Shown: in pieces, positions 50,277 to 64,000 of the stretch
How positions within the stretch are numbered: position 1 is the first letter of the stretch
Layout of the letters: every line of letters starts with the position of its first letter
Assembly: GCF_006345805.1 (NCBI RefSeq)
Contig: NC_042998.1
Location: 138,756,001-138,820,000, forward strand
Direction: 5' to 3'
Source of the DNA: Octopus sinensis
Lineage: Eukaryota
DNA: 64,000 nucleotides
The notes under the pieces: generated by a model
Database searches by the model: none
The model's input: the letters and a program-made list of their open reading frames with translations, nothing else
Told to the model about the DNA's origin: nothing
Position numbers and translations under genes: made by a program

Positions 50277-51052
50277 ACAGTATGATATAGTTATCACGGC
50301 TGATCTTACCAATCGCGCTAGGAATACAACGGAGTGTTAGGTAGCAATCTGATTATATAACCTTACGCTCATCAGAGTTAGCCGATATGGAAAGGAATGT
50401 GGTGACTGCACTCTATTATCGGAGGTGAATGGACACATCTGGTTGCGGTTCCTATGAAAAAGATGGTGAAACGAAAATGAGCAAGGGATTAGGTTAGGAG
50501 TTATGTCCATTGGTTGAATTCGCTGTAAAGCCGGTAAGAGTTATCATGAAGTGTTTGAGGGAAATGTGTGCGTTATTAAGTGTGCTACTCCTGTGGGGAT
50601 GAAATATATATTTCTTGCCGTAATGAACCAACTGTCTTTAAATGCTATGAGATCCCTTTTCTTTGATTTCTTTCGAAGTAATATTCAAGTGATGGCCCTG
50701 CAAAGGTACATAAATTATGTAAGCATATCGATCGTTTCAGTAAACATATTGATAATATTTAAAGATATTGATTTATTTTAGCTCCATCAATATGCCATAT
50801 AAACGAAAGTACAATTGAGAATTTTATGAACGACATACTAATTAATTGTACTGGGAGAACAGGAACTCTAACAAACCTGAAGAATGGAGATGTGAAATTG
50901 TATTTGTGTAAGTAAAATGTATCGATATCTTAAAGTTGACTCTATATTGATAAAGTAGATGAGAGAAAATGCTTAGAACGGGAGAAAATATGGCGTACAC
51001 CACACATATGCATACAGATACACGCACAAACGCACCCTTTCACATACACATA

Positions 51053-52328
51053 CAGGGGTTGGACTAAATAATGGAAACACCTAGCATCATAGTATCATAA
51101 TTTTGAAATATCTATAAAGCAATCAAAAGCTTGTTTATTTTTATGTTTTTTTATTCATTGTTAGTGCTGCTTAAGATGTTTGGCTAAAATTGTTGTTTCA
51201 TTTCAGATACCATCAGAAAAAGGTAATTAAAATTCATTAAAATGATAGATCCATCGGACTTTCAAAGAGGTCAAATAGTTGGTGCTTGTATGGTAGGCGC
51301 TAGCGTAACGAAAACAGCCGAAATGTTTGAGGTATCAAGAAGTACTATCTCGAAAGTAATGACAGCCTTTGAGAAAGAGGGAAAAACCTCCGCGTCGAAA
51401 CAAAACTCCGGAAGAAATCCAAAACGTTCAGATAAGGACCGTCGGACTCTTACGCGAATTTTAAGAAAAGATCACAAAAGTACAGCACCCAAAATTACCG
51501 CAGAGCTTAATGACCACCTCAAGAACTCGGTTTCCACAAAAACTGTTCGCCGGGAGCTGCAGAAAGCCGGATTTCACGGGTGGGCTGCAATCAGAAAACC
51601 ACTACTTTCAAAAGCAAACGTTGCAAAGCGTTTAGAGTGGAGTAAAAACCTACAGAATTAGTCCCTAAGGCAGTTGAAGAATGTTATTTTCTTGGACGAG
51701 TCATCCCTTACCTCATTTCCGACCACCGACCGAGTATACATGTGGAGACGGCCAAAAGAAGCATTTGATGCAGAGTGCCTTCTTCCAACTGTTAAACATG
51801 GAGGAGTATCTGTGATGATTTTGGGTGGGGTGCTATATCTTGGAAATCCGCCGGACCAATGGTTTCCCTTCATGGCAGAATTAATAGTCAAGACAAAGGA
51901 TTTTTATCTGATCAAATTCATCCTATGGTTGCAGAACTGTTTCCGGAGGGAAACGCAATCTTCCAGGATTGATAATGCACCAATTCACACAACTAAAGTT
52001 GTTACTGAATGGCACGAGGAACATTCTAGTGAAGTTGAATATCTTATGTGGGCACCACAGTCCCTAGATCTTAATATAATTGAACATTTATGGTGCATTT
52101 TAGAAAAACAAATAAGGAGTCGATATCCCCCACCATCATCACTAGAAGAACTGGAAACTCTTAGCTGAAGAATGGACAAAAATTTCTTTGGAAACAATTC
52201 CAACTTTGTACGAGCCCATATCTTGTAGGATTCAAGCGGTAATTTCTGCCAAAGGCGGTCCTACGCCATATTAAAATAAATTTGTTTGAAATTTTAAGGT
52301 CTTTTTCAATTATTTTGTCCAATACCTG
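51053..52328 (+). mobile_element. Tc1 element, full length, degenerate
   Basis: TA|CAGGGGTTGGACT...TTATTTTGTCCAATACCTG|TA. Contains FLDES, IDNAPIH and APQSLDLNIIEHLW. Confidence 0.93.
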
Positions 52329-52669
52329 TATATATATATATATATGTGCATACATACATACATACATACATACATACATACATGCATACATATATATATT
52401 TACATACATATATGGCATTGTATATGACTACTGATTTTCTAATGAATATTTTCACGAGGAATTCCACTTGCATTTTAGGAGCTTAAAAAATTCTTTGATA
52501 TTTGACTTTTAATTCTCAAAGCACTAAACATTTATGAATATATTGCCAAACTAGTAGGATATTTATGTTGATTATAATGCACTATTCTGATTTGTTATAT
52601 GGTGGTGTTAATATATAACCACGAATACATAAACCTTTTGTTCTGGTTTACGACTTCTTTGAATACCAG

Positions 52670-52747
52670 GTGATCAACCGGAGGAAATGAAAACAACAGC
52701 TGATCATCTGAGCACAACCGAAAGTTACAGTGTTCCTACAATATCTG
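52670..52747 (+). CDS. Copy B exon 5, S/T-rich stalk (G)DQPEEMKTTADHLSTTESYSVPTIS
   Basis: 78 nt, phase 1-1, canonical AG/GT. Confidence 0.65.
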
Positions 52748-52970
52748 GTATGTATTGCTTGTATTTTACTTAACGTTGACTTGAAATATAGACACAAAAC
52801 TAAATGTTGCATGAGAAATACAGATATTAATTTATCAATACTTTAGGTAAGTGCACGATTTCTTGTTCCGCGCTATAAATCAGTAGATATTTATATTACG
52901 GAACAAAAATATTCTCCATAAAACCGAAATATTGATAAATTCACTCCACTGCTTATGTGTTTCCTGCAAG

Positions 52971-53072
52971 CCTCAACTTGCAGCAGTTTAAACGTAATAT
53001 TAGCCGTAACAGTATCAGAGGTTGCGGAGATATCTGTAAAGGCCGAACTCAATGCCCCTTCATCGACAGCCA
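52971..53072 (+). CDS. Copy B exon 6, (A)STCSSLNVILAVTVSEVAEISVKAELNAPSSTA
   Basis: 102 nt, phase 1-1, GTAAGT donor. The AAG acceptor is weak. Confidence 0.5.
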
Positions 53073-53729
53073 GTAAGTAAAAAAAAAACAAAAGAGAAAC
53101 AAAAATATAAAAGAAATCTACAAATATGATCTGTGAAAATACATTCGAGAAATATTTTAATTTTCATTTTGATGCATTAATCTTCCTGAAATTGTTTAAT
53201 TTCATTAAAGATTTTTATGATAATGAACTAGAGAATTGATTCAAGTTACAGAAATATTAAGATATAAATAATTGATTAACATTAATTAGGATTTCATAAA
53301 TATTTATCACAACATGTTTTTTTGTTTTCTTGTTACACTCCCATACAGTCTCTTATAGTCTTATTGGGGAGCGGAGGTGATGACCAGTCGGGACTTGTTT
53401 CTCTTAAAATTATGACAATATAATCTGTATGAGTATAACATGAACAACAACGGCAACAGCTGCAGCAACGTCATAAACCAAGCAAATAAACAAAAGAAAG
53501 TAGAAATCCTATATGTTTCTGTAATTGAAACAATAACGAAATATTCGATGGTCATGTAGGATACAGTTTATTATTGAAGGAAAGAAAACATGTCTGAATG
53601 ACCGAAATGATATATGCATGTATGTACACATACTTTACTTACATCAGCTTGCTTATGACAGCCCATCAAATGTGATGACAGAGTCGATCCAAGACATTCA
53701 TCCTCCTCCGCCTTTATCATATTGTTCCT

Positions 53730-54170
53730 CATGGGAGTAGACGTGGCTGACAGGACCGATACGAGATAGGCAGTCCTGTCACATTGAAGGCACTGAACAA
53801 CAGCCGTAGGGGGTTGATGACAAGCTCTCCTCCTGCGTTCACTTTCAAAGCGTTCTACGCAAGCATCACCCACAGACCTCCATTCTTTCGGATTAACAGC
53901 TAGGAGCTCCAACTGATTACAAGGGACACGGAATAAAATGAGAGTCCGCTTGAGAGGATCGTGAAAACGAAGCTTTTGATGTCTTTGAGGCCTACTTCTA
54001 GTTTCGATCTCGCTTAAGAGGACAATTTTTGGGAACCGGTTACCCAGCATCCAAATCACATGGCCAACCCAGCGGAGAAGACGACGAAGGATGCAGGCCT
54101 CAACGTCGTAGATCCCAGTCCTCAAGGGGATTTCGCTATGAGGCATATTATCCTTCCACCGAGACCAAGG
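53730..54170 (-). mobile_element. RTE-clade LINE 3' fragment
   Basis: LRWVGHVIWMLGNRFPKIVLLSE...QKLRFHDPLK...CLQCDR. Confidence 0.8.
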
Positions 54171-55104
54171 ATAATTTGGAGTGATCTGAAATGGAACACT
54201 TCAAGTTGCTGACCTGACGCCAATAAAAAGCCTAGCAAAACACATTTTAAAGCATTTCAGGAATTATCTCTCGCACTGCTAACTGAATGCATTCTTTAAG
54301 TTCAGCTAAATTATTATTCCATCCTCGGGATGGAGGTAGAGAATGTGATTGCAGCCAAATTGAAAAAAAAAAGTCGTGAATAGATTAGCGGAATCCAACA
54401 GAAATGAAAGTAAAATTATAAAAAAAAAATTATATACAAATTATAAAATTATAAACAAAATAAAAAATTTATACACTTTTAACACATATTAAACATGATA
54501 AGCATAAATAAAAGAGAGTTTTTTTTTTTAAATTGTCCGATTTTACTGAAATAGATAGTTAATTCTGGGACACCCTGTATATAGTGAAGGAAAATAGTGA
54601 TTAACTAAATCCAGGCGAATATTTCATTAAATACTGTGTAGAAGTTGAACCCTGCTAAGTTGTCCGCTTATTGCTACAACAATCCGTATGTGTTGTTATT
54701 CTTTTCTTGTGACAGGAACAATTCGTAAATTTCACGGTCGAACGCCAATTGAATTCACAGAGTTTATTGGAAAAAACACGAAGAATGAAGATGCATTGTC
54801 AACGATTTAATTAGCTTTCACGTGCACAACACAAGCGCTGCATATTGTATTATGCATAATTATTCGATCTTTAATGGCATGTAATTGCCATGCTATTTTT
54901 TCTCAAAGTTCGAATATTTCTGCTCAATTTTGTTAATATTGAAATAATGTGGAAGGGGTTTAAAAGTAATAAATTCCAGACTACTCTCTTAATTTAATTG
55001 CCCAGTGTCCGTGTCACAGGCAAGAGGAAGTACCTTTATCAGATCTTCTTAGTGTTAATGACACCTAGTAGCTGTATGTATCTTGACAGTTGCAATTTAA
55101 TCTA

Positions 55105-56356
55105 TCAAGTCATCCCATAAGGTCTGTCCGATTAAAACTGAATGGAATTTAATGGCATTTTAGAATGTTTAATGGCATTAAAAATTATTTTTATGCATTT
55201 TTGTAAATTTAAATTAATTAAATATTATTTTATAGGATAATAGAATTAAAATTTCTTTGATTAAAACCCTTTCTAACGTGGAAGTATCCAAAGAGCATTT
55301 GAGGCACATAATGCTTTATGAGTACAAAAAAAGAAACTCTGCAGCCGAAGCGACTCGAAACACACTCAGTTTATGGGAAAGAATGCTTGAATGAAAGAAC
55401 TTGTAGATGATGGTTTGCAAAATTCAGAAGTGGAGATTTCAACCTTGAAGATGAAGATCGAACAGGACGTCCAGTTGAGTTTGATGATAAGCTCCTTGAG
55501 GTATTACTTGAAGAAAATTGGTAATAAAGTTTAGTTCAAGCCATACAACTGTTCATTGTCATCTTCAACAACTTGGAAAGGTTCCTAAACTTGGAAAATG
55601 AGTGCCTCATGAATTGTGCAAAAGCAACCGCAAATCCTGAGTTGAAATCTGCTCTTCTCTCCATTCTCGCGAAATCATTTCACCCTTTTTGGATAGACTT
55701 GTGAGTGGTGACGAAAAATGGATCTTCGATCAAAATGTTAAACGTCGTAAACAGTGGCTTGGTAAAAGGAAAAAAAAAACTCAACCACAACCGATAAGGG
55801 AACTTCATGGGAAAAAGGTTCTTTTCTCTATCTGGTGGGATTGCAAAGGAGTAATTCACTTTGAATTGTTACCACCTAATGCAACAATCATCGCTCAAGT
55901 CTACTGTCAGCAATTGGAGCATTTAAACGAAGCTTTGAAGAAAAAAAGACCCGCTTTAGTGAATCGAAAAGGAGTGATATTTCATCAGGACAATGCGCGA
56001 CCCCACACTGCAAAGATCACATTACAGAAGATCGAAGAGCTTGGGTGGGAAAAAATTCCTCATCTACCTTATTCTCCCGACCTTACTCCTTCAGACTACC
56101 ATTTGTTTCGTAGTTTACAGAATCATTTGGGGGATATAACTTTCGCAAGCCAGGAGGAGGTGGAAACTGACATTTAAGAGTTCTTCGCTTTGAAACCGAA
56201 AGAGTTTTACATTGATGGGATTAAAAAGCTTGTAAATAGATGGAAGTCCTAGATAATCAGGGAAAGTACATTGATGATTAAATTTCAGTTAAATATAACA
56301 TTTGATCACTTGTTTTCTTTATTCAAAATTCGGACAGAACTTATGGGATGACCTGA
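55105..56356 (+). mobile_element. Mariner (DD34D) transposon, full length, degenerate
   Basis: TA|TCAAGTCATCCCATAAGGTCTGTCCG ... CGGACAGAACTTATGGGATGACCTGA|TA. Contains SGDEKW, HQDNARPH and YSPDLTPSDYHLF. Confidence 0.93.
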
Positions 56357-56660
56357 TATGATGTGGTTAAGTGCAACTTAATAGTAGAAGAATGATTGGT
56401 TTTACTAGCGCTATAAAAGAAAATCTGTATCTACTAAGAAGAATATGCTTTTGACGGGTGGAGGAATTTATATTAAGTAAAATTACATTGCATAAAACCG
56501 GTAAGTAAAAAAAAATAAAGAAGTAAAAAAATAAAAATATCATAAATACGCTCTCTCACACACACGTAGTGTATACATGCATACACATATACACATATAT
56601 ACCCATACATATTTACGCATATATACAAAGTACATTTCTCTCTTTTCACTCACTCTCTCT

Positions 56661-56795
<135 letters not shown>

Positions 56796-56899
56796 AAAGA
56801 GTAAAAAAACTACAGAAGACTTGTTTTATAAGGTTGAAGAATATATTTAAGTCGTTATGTTATAAAATTTTGTAAATAGTAACATAGTTTTTGGAGAAA

Positions 56900-57145
56900 T
56901 AATCGGTTTCGTGTAAACTTTTCAAATTTCTCAAATTTCTTTACCTACATCGTGTCATGTCTTCATTATGAAGTGCAAAGAAGAGTTCCAGGCTGGGGAG
57001 GTAATAAGGGATTTCTTCCGGTATAAGGGAGATAATCGCTTTATATTTTTTTCTTTTTTCAATGAGATGAGTTTCTCTGTATAAGAATGTTAGGATGGTT
57101 AAGTTCAGGCTTATATGTTTTAATGAAGAATGTTTCCTTGTTTAA
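56900..57145 (-). mobile_element. Penelope-like GIY-YIG 3' end fragment
   Basis: Minus frame KETFFIKTYKPELN resembles PLE endonuclease C-termini. Confidence 0.5.
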
Positions 57146-57625
57146 TCTAATTTGTGTTGGTGTTCCAATAGCACATTGAAAGGAAAGATTAAAAAGTGTG
57201 GTAGTAGTGGCTTTGCGCATTTCTCAATATGCTCACTAAAGGGTATCATTCTGTATTCTGTCTCCTCGTGCTCAAGCCTTCTCCACCTGCTACGATCAAT
57301 AGCTATGCCCTCCCATGTGTCAGGAGAGATGCAAGCATCTCTTAAGGAAGCCTTCAGCAAGTCCTTATACCTCTTTTTTGGTTTATGTGGGGGGGTCGTT
57401 CTTCTTTAGCTAACTCTCCATAAAAGAGTTGTTTTGGCATCCTTGAATCCTTCATCCTGACCAGATGACCACTCCATCTGAACCTTTGCTTTAACATAAG
57501 ATCTTCTATACTTTCGCACCGAGAGCCTTCCAATATTTCAAGATCACTGATGCGGTCCTCCCACTTAATGCCATAGATCCGTCTGAGACACATCTGATGG
57601 AAACGTTCCAGTTGTTTAAGGTGGT
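57145..57625 (-). mobile_element. RTE-clade LINE 3' fragment (second family)
   Basis: CLRRIYGIKWEDRISD..QRFRWSGHLVRMKDSRMPKQLFYGEL. Confidence 0.85.
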
Positions 57626-59070
57626 ATCATTCTGTATTCTGGGAATGCAGTAATTTTATTCAGCTGAATACACGTCATTGATTGGTTGAAATTACCGAAA
57701 TACGACTACTTTAACACGAAATAACTTTGAAGATGTAAATTTTTCTCAACAACACTAAGAGTAAAAGATGTTTTATATGACACATTCTACCAGTATCTGA
57801 AGTTTGAAAGTGCTTAGTTACAAAAAATTAATTCCTCGATCTGCCGTTCAAAGGAAAAGATACAAAATGATAAATTAAAACACTTGGTTTCGCATTGGCC
57901 TCCCACTGGGCATCTGCTGTAGTTCCTACTTGAATATTCCGCCTCCAATCGTGGCCTATGGATGTTAACTAAAATATTCTTAATACCAAAAAGACTCTTA
58001 GGCTGTGTCTGTTGAATAGGCGTATATGTATGTATGGATGTACGTATGTATGTATGTATGTATGTATGTATGTATGTATGTATGTATGTAGTATGTATGT
58101 ATGTATGTATGTATGTGTACGCGTGTGTGTAGGTGCGCGCGCGTGTTTGTGCTTATCCTCCACCAGTGCTCGACAATGGCTTGTTTATGTCCCGGTAATG
58201 TACCGGTCCAGCAAAGGAGACCAATATAAAAACTACCAGGCATTAAAAACGTAAGTACTGGGGCCGGTACGTGTGACTAAAACCCTTCAAGGCAGTGCTC
58301 CAGTATGGTCACAATGACTAAGAAAAGTGAAAGATACTTGACTCGAATTCCTATTGGTCCTTTGCCCAAAATAAAACACAGATTGTTTAAGATTGGCACT
58401 TGCAAATAAATATTTTTACTAGAAATTTGACTGGCATTTTAGATAATTAGTGAAAGAAGTATATATTTCTTTACTACCGACAAGGGGCTAAACACAGAGG
58501 AGACAAACAATGACAGACAGATGGATTAAGTCGATTATATGGACCCTAGTGCGTTACTGGTACTTAATTTATCGACCCCGAAAGGATGAAAGGCAAAGTC
58601 AGCCTCGGCGGAATTTGAACTCAGAATGTAACGGCAGGCGAAATACCTATTTCTTTACTACCCACAAGGGGCTAAACACAGAGGGGACAAACAAAAACAT
58701 ACAAACGGATTAAGTCGATTACATCGACCCCAGTGCGTGACTGGTACTTAATTTATCGACCCCGAAAGGATGAAAGGCAAAGTCGATCTCGGCGGAATTT
58801 GAACTCAGAACGTAACGGCAGACGAAATACCACCCAGCGTTTCGCCCGGCGTGCTAACGTTTCTGCCAGCTCGCCGCCCTCTGAAAGAAGTATATGATAC
58901 CTGACTTTTAGTTGTCATGACAGCAAATATTTGTGCTTACATAGCAAACCAGTAAGGTTTATGTTAATTATAATGCACTATTGTAATCTGTGTAGTGGTT
59001 TCTGCTTATAGCAACTACTAGATAAGTATCAGAAAATCCTGTATTGTTATTTCCATTTTTTGAATTCCAG

Positions 59071-59142
59071 GCAGTGAACCGACAGGAAGAGAAAATGGCC
59101 AATTGAGCAACACTTCAAATTCCAGTACTTTTACAACTCCCA
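59071..59142 (+). CDS. Stalk exon 7, (S)SEPTGRENGQLSNTSNSSTFTTP
   Basis: ttttgaattccag acceptor (near-identical to that of exon 5), GTAAGT donor, 72 nt, phase 1-1. Confidence 0.6.
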
Positions 59143-59339
59143 GTAAGTATTACTTGTATTTTGCTTAATATTTTTCTAAAATAGGTAGAGGGTTATAGTC
59201 AGCTATAACAACTCCTGTACTTGACTGCTACTTTACTGCATCGATCCCGAAAAGATAAAGGCTAACAAGATTTCAGGAGGATTCGTACTCAAAACGTAAT
59301 GAGACGAAACTAAATAACCATATGTCCTCTTTAATATAT

Positions 59340-59615
59340 TCAAACTGGCACTCCGCCGGTAACGATAACAAGGGTTTCAGTTGATCCGATCAACAGCGTG
59401 TTCATGAAATTAACGTGATAGTGGCTGAGCATTCCACAGACACGTGTACTCTAACATTTTTCTCAGGGTGATTCAACGTGATCAAAATGTGACAAGGCTG
59501 ACCCTTTGAAATACAGGTACTACTCATATTTGCCAGCTGAGTAAACTGAAGCAACGTGAAATAAAGTGTCTTGTCCAAGGACATAACGCACTGCCAGGAA
59601 TGGAACTCACGTACT
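59340..59615 (-). mobile_element. SINE fragment
   Basis: gccagctgagtaaactgaagcaacgtgaaataaagtgtcttgtccaaggacataacgc; its reverse complement resembles the 60143 SINE core. Confidence 0.65.
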
Positions 59616-60142
59616 TGAATATATTTGATATTCACTTAATATTAAGGGTAGAGTTTAGTAGCGGTCATTTAGCAGCGATTCGAAAAATTTAAAAAAAAGC
59701 CTTTAGTTACGGCATTTTACGTTCAGACTGTATTTCCTTCTGTTGCGAACTTCAATTTCATTTTCCCGAGGTCGAGAAAATAAAGTACCTATCAAGTACT
59801 GGTGATCGATATAACTGACTGTTCCCTTTTCTCAAACTTGAGACCCTGTGCCGATCAAGAAATCATGATTATTGGTAGAACTGCCTCTGTACTGTTGTTA
59901 GAAATCGATGGAAATTGATAGAGTGACTCATTTAATAGATTGATATTGATGCTCTTGACTCCCACCGAAATTCACTTTTCCATTCATCTGCCCAGGATGG
60001 ATAAAATCAAGTCCCCAGATATAAACATGGCGTTAAATCAATAGACTATGCTCGCCTTCAAAATTCAAAATACTGTGATTAGGTACACTTAGTGACCTAG
60101 ACGGTAAAGAGTGAATGAAATTTGATTTCGTTTCTCTATGTG

Positions 60143-60390
60143 AAGGCGCATGACCTAATGGTTAAGGCGTTGCACCCATAATCACAAGATCGTACTTTCG
60201 ATTCTCGGGCGGCGCAGTGCGTTGTATTCTTAGGCAAAACACTCCATTTCACGTTGCTCCAGTTCACTCAGGTGTAAATGAGTAACCTTGCGACGGACTG
60301 GCGTCCCATTCAGCTAAAATATTGTGATCTCGTTGCTTATACGCCCTATGAGACCTATGACTCGAACATTGTAATGTCAAGGGACTTACT
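60143..60390 (+). mobile_element. tRNA-derived SINE
   Basis: aggcgcatgacctaatggttaagg (A box)..tttcgattctc (B-box-like)..acgttgctccagttcactcag..gcgacggactggcgtcccat. Confidence 0.7.
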
Positions 60391-61584
60391 TTTTTTCTTT
60401 AATCTATACTGAAAAAACATTGATTTCGTTTATCTATACGGAGATAAATACAGCTGAAGGTGATTTCGCGTTTCGTCTCCGCAGCTTAATATTCACTCTA
60501 TTTGAACACGAATTCGAAAACTTTCAGAGATAACCCGACAAGTATGCATTGTGACCTTTTATATTTATTTGTATCTAGCAATAATAGATAGAAACTCATC
60601 AATTATAGATGTTTTTAAGGATATTGAATTTGATTGATTAACAAATCGAAAGTTGGGTGACTCGTATCCAAGTCACAGGATGCCTACAATCAACATCTTC
60701 AATGAGTAAATTATATCAATGCACAATTGATCTGATAAACGAAGGAACGGTGAATGTATATGAAGAGTAGGAGGTAGGCACTCCGTAAAACGAGACTATA
60801 ATCCAACTTCAACCTTCATTTGGTGTAAACTCAACTTCTCTTAAGGTCACTAATGCCCTTGGAGAGGGTATTAGTGTATTAGTCGTGACGTCACTGGTGG
60901 TAAGCTGTATCGGGCTTCGCCTTTCCCTTGAATAATATTAGTGACGTGGAGAAGGGAGATTGGTATGAAGAAGCGACTGATGGTCTTCCATAAACAACTT
61001 TGCCCGGACTTGTGCCTTGGAGAGGAACTTTCTAGGTGCAATCTCATAGTCATTCATGACCGAGGAGTTCTTTACCCTCTTCATCCTCGGAGAAGACATG
61101 AGCGTTACGATATTCTAAATCCATTTTACCCACTCCTTAAAAATAAAACCTTTGAATTTTGTCAAAAAGAAGTTAATATTGCAATGGTGGCAGACACTGT
61201 AGTGCAAGCGGTAAACTCCTCGTAAACTAGACAGCGACGTAGTCAAGTAATGAGAAGAAATACTCTTCATTTTGAGACAAGTGAGTCCGTAACGTCACAC
61301 ATTCCCATCAACCATATCATGTAAAACTTTAGGTACATAAAACTAAATATATACAAACGGTTTCTTTTTTTTTAGTATGATAATGCAGTAAAATTTAAAC
61401 TTTAAAAAACTAAAGAATAACTGTAGAGACGTGAAATATATTTCTATGCACGTCGCATCTCAGAACGCACTTCATCGAAATAAATCAGAAAATTTATAAC
61501 TGAACTGCTAGGGAACTGTTTTTATTTCATTTTCATCTCATTATTGATAACTACAGTCTTATTTTATTTATGTTCCTCTAACAG

Positions 61585-61656
61585 ATAGCAATAAAAGTGT
61601 ATCCAGCACAACAAAGGAAAACCAAATGCTGACTTCTACCGAATCACTAAACACTA
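61585..61656 (+). CDS. Stalk exon 8, (N)SNKSVSSTTKENQMLTSTESLNT
   Basis: cctctaacag acceptor, GTATCT donor, 72 nt, phase 1-1. Confidence 0.6.
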
Positions 61657-62222
61657 GTATCTAAGATTTAAATATATATTTCTTTAATTGAAATATTGAT
61701 AGACATAAATAATATTTTCTTATATATATATTTACTGAAAAAGAACGCAAAATATTGTTTAAAGTCCTAAGATTCATAGGGCTGGTTCCCTGGTTTCCCT
61801 GGCATAAAAGTGATCAAGATTATAATGTTCCCCGAACACAATGATCTGCCCGTTCTGGGAACCAAAATCATAGTCTTAAAATCGTGAGTGAAACCCTCTT
61901 ACTACTATGCTACGCACCTTCACATATTCGTACTCGGGTACTGTAAATTAGACTATACCATTCCTAATGTATTAATAATCTATGTAAAGTGAGGTTTAAA
62001 AGAATGTCGAATATCAAAATCAGGTGACGGATTCGGGTTGACAGATTACTGCCAAAATATATTTAGCCAACAACTTTTACGTTTTCCAAGGGTACAGTCA
62101 AACAAAATCGAACCCGCTAAAGTGTACTCGCGGATTAAAAGGTTCAATGAAACAGTTTTAATTTAATTTTCATTTCATTATGCACAGTTATTGCTTTGTT
62201 TTGTTTTATTTTCCTCTGTCAG

Positions 62223-62294
62223 GTAATAAAAACAGTATATTCAGCACAATAATAGGAAACTCAATGACTACTTATTCCGGATCACTAAAAACTG
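62223..62294 (+). CDS. Stalk exon 9, (S)NKNSIFSTIIGNSMTTYSGSLKT
   Basis: cctctgtcag acceptor, GTAAAC donor, 72 nt, phase 1-1, paralogous to exon 8 including the intron flanks. Confidence 0.6.
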
Positions 62295-62350
62295 GTAAAC
62301 GTCTAAATTTAAATATTTCTTTTAATGAAATTTTGATAATATAAATAATA

Positions 62351-64000
62351 CAGTGATACTTCGCAGTACGACTCTCATTCGTTCCATGACCGAGCTCGTT
62401 TTATGATTTACTCGTTTTACAAATCAATTTTCCTCTTTGCAATTAATTAAAATACAATTAATCCGTTCCATCCCACCAAAATCACCCGAGAACAATTTTT
62501 TATGGATTTTAAAACGGAAAAGGTACAGTTACAAGGAAAATAATTATAAAACATAATAAAAGAGAATGCAAAAGAAATAAGTAAACTGGTTTTATTAACT
62601 GAATTACCTTAAAGATGGGACGATTTGTGCGCGAGGAAGACAATGGAGCGTTGAGGAGGAGGATTACAGTTTGGAAAGAGAATGTCCTTTCCTTAAGACT
62701 TTAGGAAGAACGATTTCTGGCGTTTTCTCTCTCACTTCGCTTAATTTAGCTTTTTGAACACTTTCTTCTCTTTTCACGCTGGTAGTTTCATTACAAACAT
62801 ACCAAGGAAAGTTTACTTTTTCCTGCCTCTCAAAATGTTACGAAAATGCGCCAGAGCAGTATCATTAAATAAAGCAGCTGCACGACCTGTAGATACTTTT
62901 TCAGGATGATATTTTTCTACAAATTCAGAAACATACTGCCACTTTGCCAACACTGCCTTTATGTCACTTGTAGAGATAGCCTTCTCCGTTACACTGTCCT
63001 CCCCTGGGGAACCAATCTCATCCACCGCATCCGAATGCAGCTGCTCCTGAAACTTCAAGAGTTCATCTGTCGTCAGCTCCCCTGAGTGTTCCTCGACGAG
63101 ATCGATAATGTTCCCATCGTCAACCTCGAGGCCCATGGACTTGCCAAGAAACACTATCTCCTCGATTACACGTGTCTCAGACTCAAACCCCTCGAAATCT
63201 CTTTTGGATACGCAGTCAGGCCACAGTTTCCTCCATTCAGAATTAAGGGTTCTCCTCGTTACGCTCTGCTAAGCCATATCGATGATTTACAGGTAGTAAA
63301 CAATGTTGTAGTGCTCCTTCAAAAACTCACGAAGGGTTAGATTTGTATTTTCGGTGACTTCAAAGCACCAACGAAACAGGTGTTTGGTGTACAAATTCTT
63401 AAAATTAGAAATCACCTGTTGGTCCATGGGCTGCAAGATAGGGATGGTATTGCGTGAAAGGTACAGAACTTTTATGGATTTAAATTCATTCCGGATATCA
63501 TCTTCGAGGTTAGGAGGGTGAGCAGGAGCATTGTCGAGGATGGGAAGGTTCCTGAGAGGAAGATCGTTCTTCAGAAGGTACTTTTTCCCTGCTGGTCCGT
63601 TTGCTCTCCACATGATCTGCAGCTTCTCTTTCAGGATTTTGTGCGGCTTGAACGCTCATGGATTTTCGGAATTGTAGACAAGGAGTGGCTTAATCTTCAA
63701 GTCTCCATTCGTATTGGTACAAAGGGAGAGAGAGAGTTAGCCTATCTTTCATAGGCTTGTGGCCTGGCATTTTCTTCTCTTCTGCACTTATATAGGTTCT
63801 TCTAGGCATTTTTTTCCAGAAAAAGTCCAGTTCCATCGCAGTTAAATACCTGTTTTGCGATGTACTCCTCGGCTGCGATGAGCTGACGGAATTTACGAGC
63901 GAAATCTTCAGCTGCCTTCGTGTCAGAACTCGCTGCTTCTCCATATCTGACGACACTATGAACACCAGTCCTCTTCTTGAAATTATCAAACCAGTTGTGA
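62351..64000 (-). mobile_element. Tigger/pogo-family DNA transposon, degenerate, runs off the window
   Basis: TA|CAGTGATACTTCG terminus. Contains LDNAPAHPPNL, ILQPMDQQVISNFK and MPRRTYISAEEKKMPGHKPMKDRLTL. Confidence 0.9.

Noticed and set aside
52972-53070. Alternative frame of exon 6 (LNLQQFKR..GCGDICKGRTQCPFIDS)
   Set aside because: It would need phase 2-2, which is incompatible with the neighbouring phase-1 exons. RNA data would settle it.
60855-60935. Hydrophobic frame GISVLVVTSLVVSCIGL as a possible TM exon
   Set aside because: It ends in a stop before later stalk exons, lacks a good acceptor, and appears to lie in a dispersed repeat.

Overview
AT-rich, microsatellite-dense animal genomic DNA. 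The SINE families and the (TA)n/(TACA)n load look like Octopus, but that is from recall and not searched. The window has three main layers. (1) A tandem duplication, copy A ~9.5-32.2 kb and copy B ~33.8-51.9 kb, of a + strand multi-exon gene. It encodes a secreted or surface protein: signal peptide, small Cys-containing exon, a two-exon F5/8-type-C (discoidin/galactose-binding-like) domain, and a Ser/Thr-rich stalk built from 72-102 nt phase-1 exons. In copy B nine exons (34361-62294) splice into an open 334-codon frame that is still unfinished at the window end. (2) Introns filled with transposons: Tc1, mariner, Tigger/pogo, Helitrons, MITEs, and RTE, R4-like, L1/Tx1, Penelope-like (GIY-YIG) and SINE fragments. 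(3) The most unusual structure, present in both copies (25.2-27.85 kb and 44.65-47.26 kb). It is a 1.7-kb ORF1-only L1/Tx1-type element (447-aa RRM-like/CCHC ORF, no RT) bounded by a 17-bp direct repeat. It sits between two copies of a ~360-bp repeat that each carry a minimal type-I hammerhead ribozyme motif with a U3-A8 core variant. An inverted partial copy lies on the left and a Penelope RT-GIY-YIG body on the right. No searches or folding were run. Single-base homopolymer indels may be sequencing or assembly errors.
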